Both the position numbers and the translations under genes were made by a program. Of a DNA stretch of 13,167 nucleotides, positions 11,229 through 13,167 are shown in pieces. Source of the stretch: Bugula neritina (taxonomy: Eukaryota; Animalia; Bryozoa); assembly GCA_964035545.1 (NCBI GenBank), contig CAXIUT010000259.1, positions 1 through 13,167 on the forward strand, in the 5' to 3' direction. The notes below the pieces were generated by a model, which made no database searches, had not been told where the DNA came from, and was given only the letters and a program-made list of their open reading frames with translations. Position 1 is the stretch's first letter. Every line of letters begins with the position of its first letter.

Positions 11229-12712
11229 AATAAAGTGATATGTAAAGTTGTTGTTGGGTAGAAATAAAAATAGTAGAAATCTAAGGAAAAATAGTCTTTT
11301 AAGCCATAAGTATCACTTTTTTGGGTAATTTATGATGAAATAATTAATATACTTGCTCAAATCTTCAAAAATAGCAAAAGAAATTTTATTGTAGCTCCTG
11401 CATAGGCAGATTCTCAGCTTGTTAAATTGTAAATAGACAAGAAAATTAATTGCATTTTTTCAAGAGATAAAGATTTTTTAGTTTACAACACTTGTTTGTT
11501 AACTCAAACTTAATAAAAATAATCATAAATAAAGTAAAAATATAAGAATGAATAAAATAGCTAGAAATATCTTAAAATTCAATATAATGAGAACTCTCAG
11601 AACTAGAAAAAAATTATTAAAATTGGCTGATATTTTCTGAAGATAACTTGAATAAAAAACTAATATACAGACTATTTACTCATTCATAGCTTTGGGTTGA
11701 TAAAAGTTTATAAAATTATTAGATCATGGCTATTGCAATGAGGTGTAATAATTGTCAAGACTTTTTGGATATTATCAAATGCGAATATCCATCTAAAGCA
11801 TTATATTCTGTGAAAGTTCTTTAGTATTTCAGTTATTACAAACACATATATGTTTGGAAAGACTACTCTTAAACTGATTTAAAGATTGATCACTTGCTAC
11901 CTGTTGATCCTAAAGAGAATTTAGATTTGGTATAAAAAACTACAGGTGAAAAAAATAACTAAGTTTCGAATATTTAATTGGATAAGTTAATAGTTATAAT
12001 TCTCCAAGAGGAACAGAAAAATATGACTTTATACCTTAATAATTATTTAAAGATATAAAGTACTTAAAGGAGATAGCAAAATAATTACAAAAGTCATAGT
12101 AGTAGTCTAATCGATGGAAATGTTTTTATCATGAGAAGAATTATTGTTTTGTTCCTTTTAGAGAAGAGTAAAAAGTAGAGAAAAAGAATAATTAAAAAGT
12201 TATTAAGAAAGAAGAAAAAGTTCAGATCGATGGTCGTTTAAAGATTCAAAGAAATGATTGAATCCATTATCATTTTGAACAATTGAAAACTAGACTTTAT
12301 CTAGATTTATCTTCTTTCTTCTATAAGCCTTTATTTTAGCATTTCTCTCTTTCTTATCGGTTGAATCGATTGGACTTATCATTAGAAAAGTTCAATCAAA
12401 GATAAGTTAAAGAAAAAGATAAAAGCTGGAATAAAGATTTATAGAAGAAAGAAGAGAAGATGGCTTATGAAACCTTCAGAAAAGAAGTAAGATAAAGAAT
12501 GATTATGTCTCTTATTATTATTGATAAATGAATAAAATATAAATAAGATTATAATTGCATTAATCATGATAACGAAAGATAGATAAGAGCAGACGCTGAT
12601 TTGTAGATTATCTTGAAATGCAATATCAAAAAAAGAATAAAAATGGCAATTATGATGATTAATATCTATATTTGATACTTTAACGATGTTATTTCATATA
12701 TTTATTTGACAA

Positions 12713-13167
12713 TCACTCCTCTTCTTGATATCTTTTATCATTCTAGCAAAACTTCTTGAACTAAAAGGTCTTTTCAAGAGTATTTCTTTACCAGTGAGGA
12801 TATTTATCGTATAATAACATCTTTTTAACTGAATCAATCTTATTTCTTTCAATGAAGTAGTTGGTTTTGATTAGGTTCCATTTGAATTTCTTTGATAGAT
12901 ATTGATTTATGATATTTTGTTCAATTCTCGAGGCGCTGATATCTTGTATTCTTAAATAATTCAGCTAAAACTCTCTAGAATTCATACTACGGACATGGCT
13001 GATCAGTTCTTGTATCTAGTTGGGATCATTAACCATCAGAATGTTGATTGAGTATAGAGCAAATAAAGAAGAGAATTGATTGTTAACTAGGTTGTAAAAT
13101 TATTAGTACTAGGACAGAGTTAAATTAGTTAGATAGAAAATTATCTTTACTACTTGTCTTTACTATA
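12713..13167 (-). CDS. 3' part (150 aa) of a hypothetical protein running in from the window edge
   Basis: The minus frame is open from 13165 to TGA (12713-12715): EERQVVKIIFYLTNLTLSEYEEFYNLVNNQFSSLF...YDKYPHWERNTLEKTFEFKKFCENDKRYQEEE*. It is convergent with the nuclease locus. Confidence 0.7.

Larger units (their letters stand above)
10404..12531 (+). pseudogene. XPG/FEN1/EXO1-family 5' nuclease, divergent and frame-disrupted, apparently 5'-truncated at the telomere junction
   Basis: XPG-I motif FIVAPAEADSQLVKLEIDKKINCIFSRDKDFLVYN (~11385-11489; cf. YIVAPYEADAQ...ITEDSDLLVFG). XPG-N-like YIVGVD (~11063-11080) and YYIVDGSKTLFKK (~11148-11186). An EXO1-like later segment reads YYKHIYVW...IDHLLPV. 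A continuous protein needs a candidate 20-nt intron (10913-10932), frame changes near 11130, 11610 and 11950, and passage of an in-frame TGA at 12259-12261. The family is confident; boundaries and status are not. Confidence 0.7.

Noticed and set aside
4588-12261. TGA read as Trp (context-dependent stop), suggested by in-frame TGAs at 4588, 4888, 11127 and 12259
   Set aside because: These occur only in regions that also need frameshifts. All intact genes use TGG for Trp and end in TGA, so nonsense decay or chance is simpler.

Overview
This is ciliate macronuclear-type DNA, and the supplied standard-code ORF track is misleading for it. Conserved protein motifs show that both TAA and TAG encode glutamate and that TGA is the only stop, which is the peritrich nuclear code (NCBI table 30), not the Gln code of Tetrahymena/Paramecium. 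Bases 1-9988 form a complete telomere-to-telomere ~10 kb minichromosome, (CCCCAA)n ... (GGGGTT)n. Its dense left part carries two hypothetical genes, a tesmin/TSO1-like CXC protein and a class II lysyl-tRNA synthetase with two 20-nt introns. Its AT-rich right part carries two diverged paralogous Myb/SANT-like genes. After the right telomere the sequence continues with a 327-nt chromosome-end fragment plus a second (GGGGTT)n tract. It then enters a fragment with a frame-disrupted XPG/FEN1/EXO1-family nuclease and the 3' end of an unknown gene. All three telomere tracts end in the same register (TTGGG-3'), so the junctions are most likely end-to-end ligation or assembly chimeras, although real fusions cannot be excluded. 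All translations and counts were done by hand.
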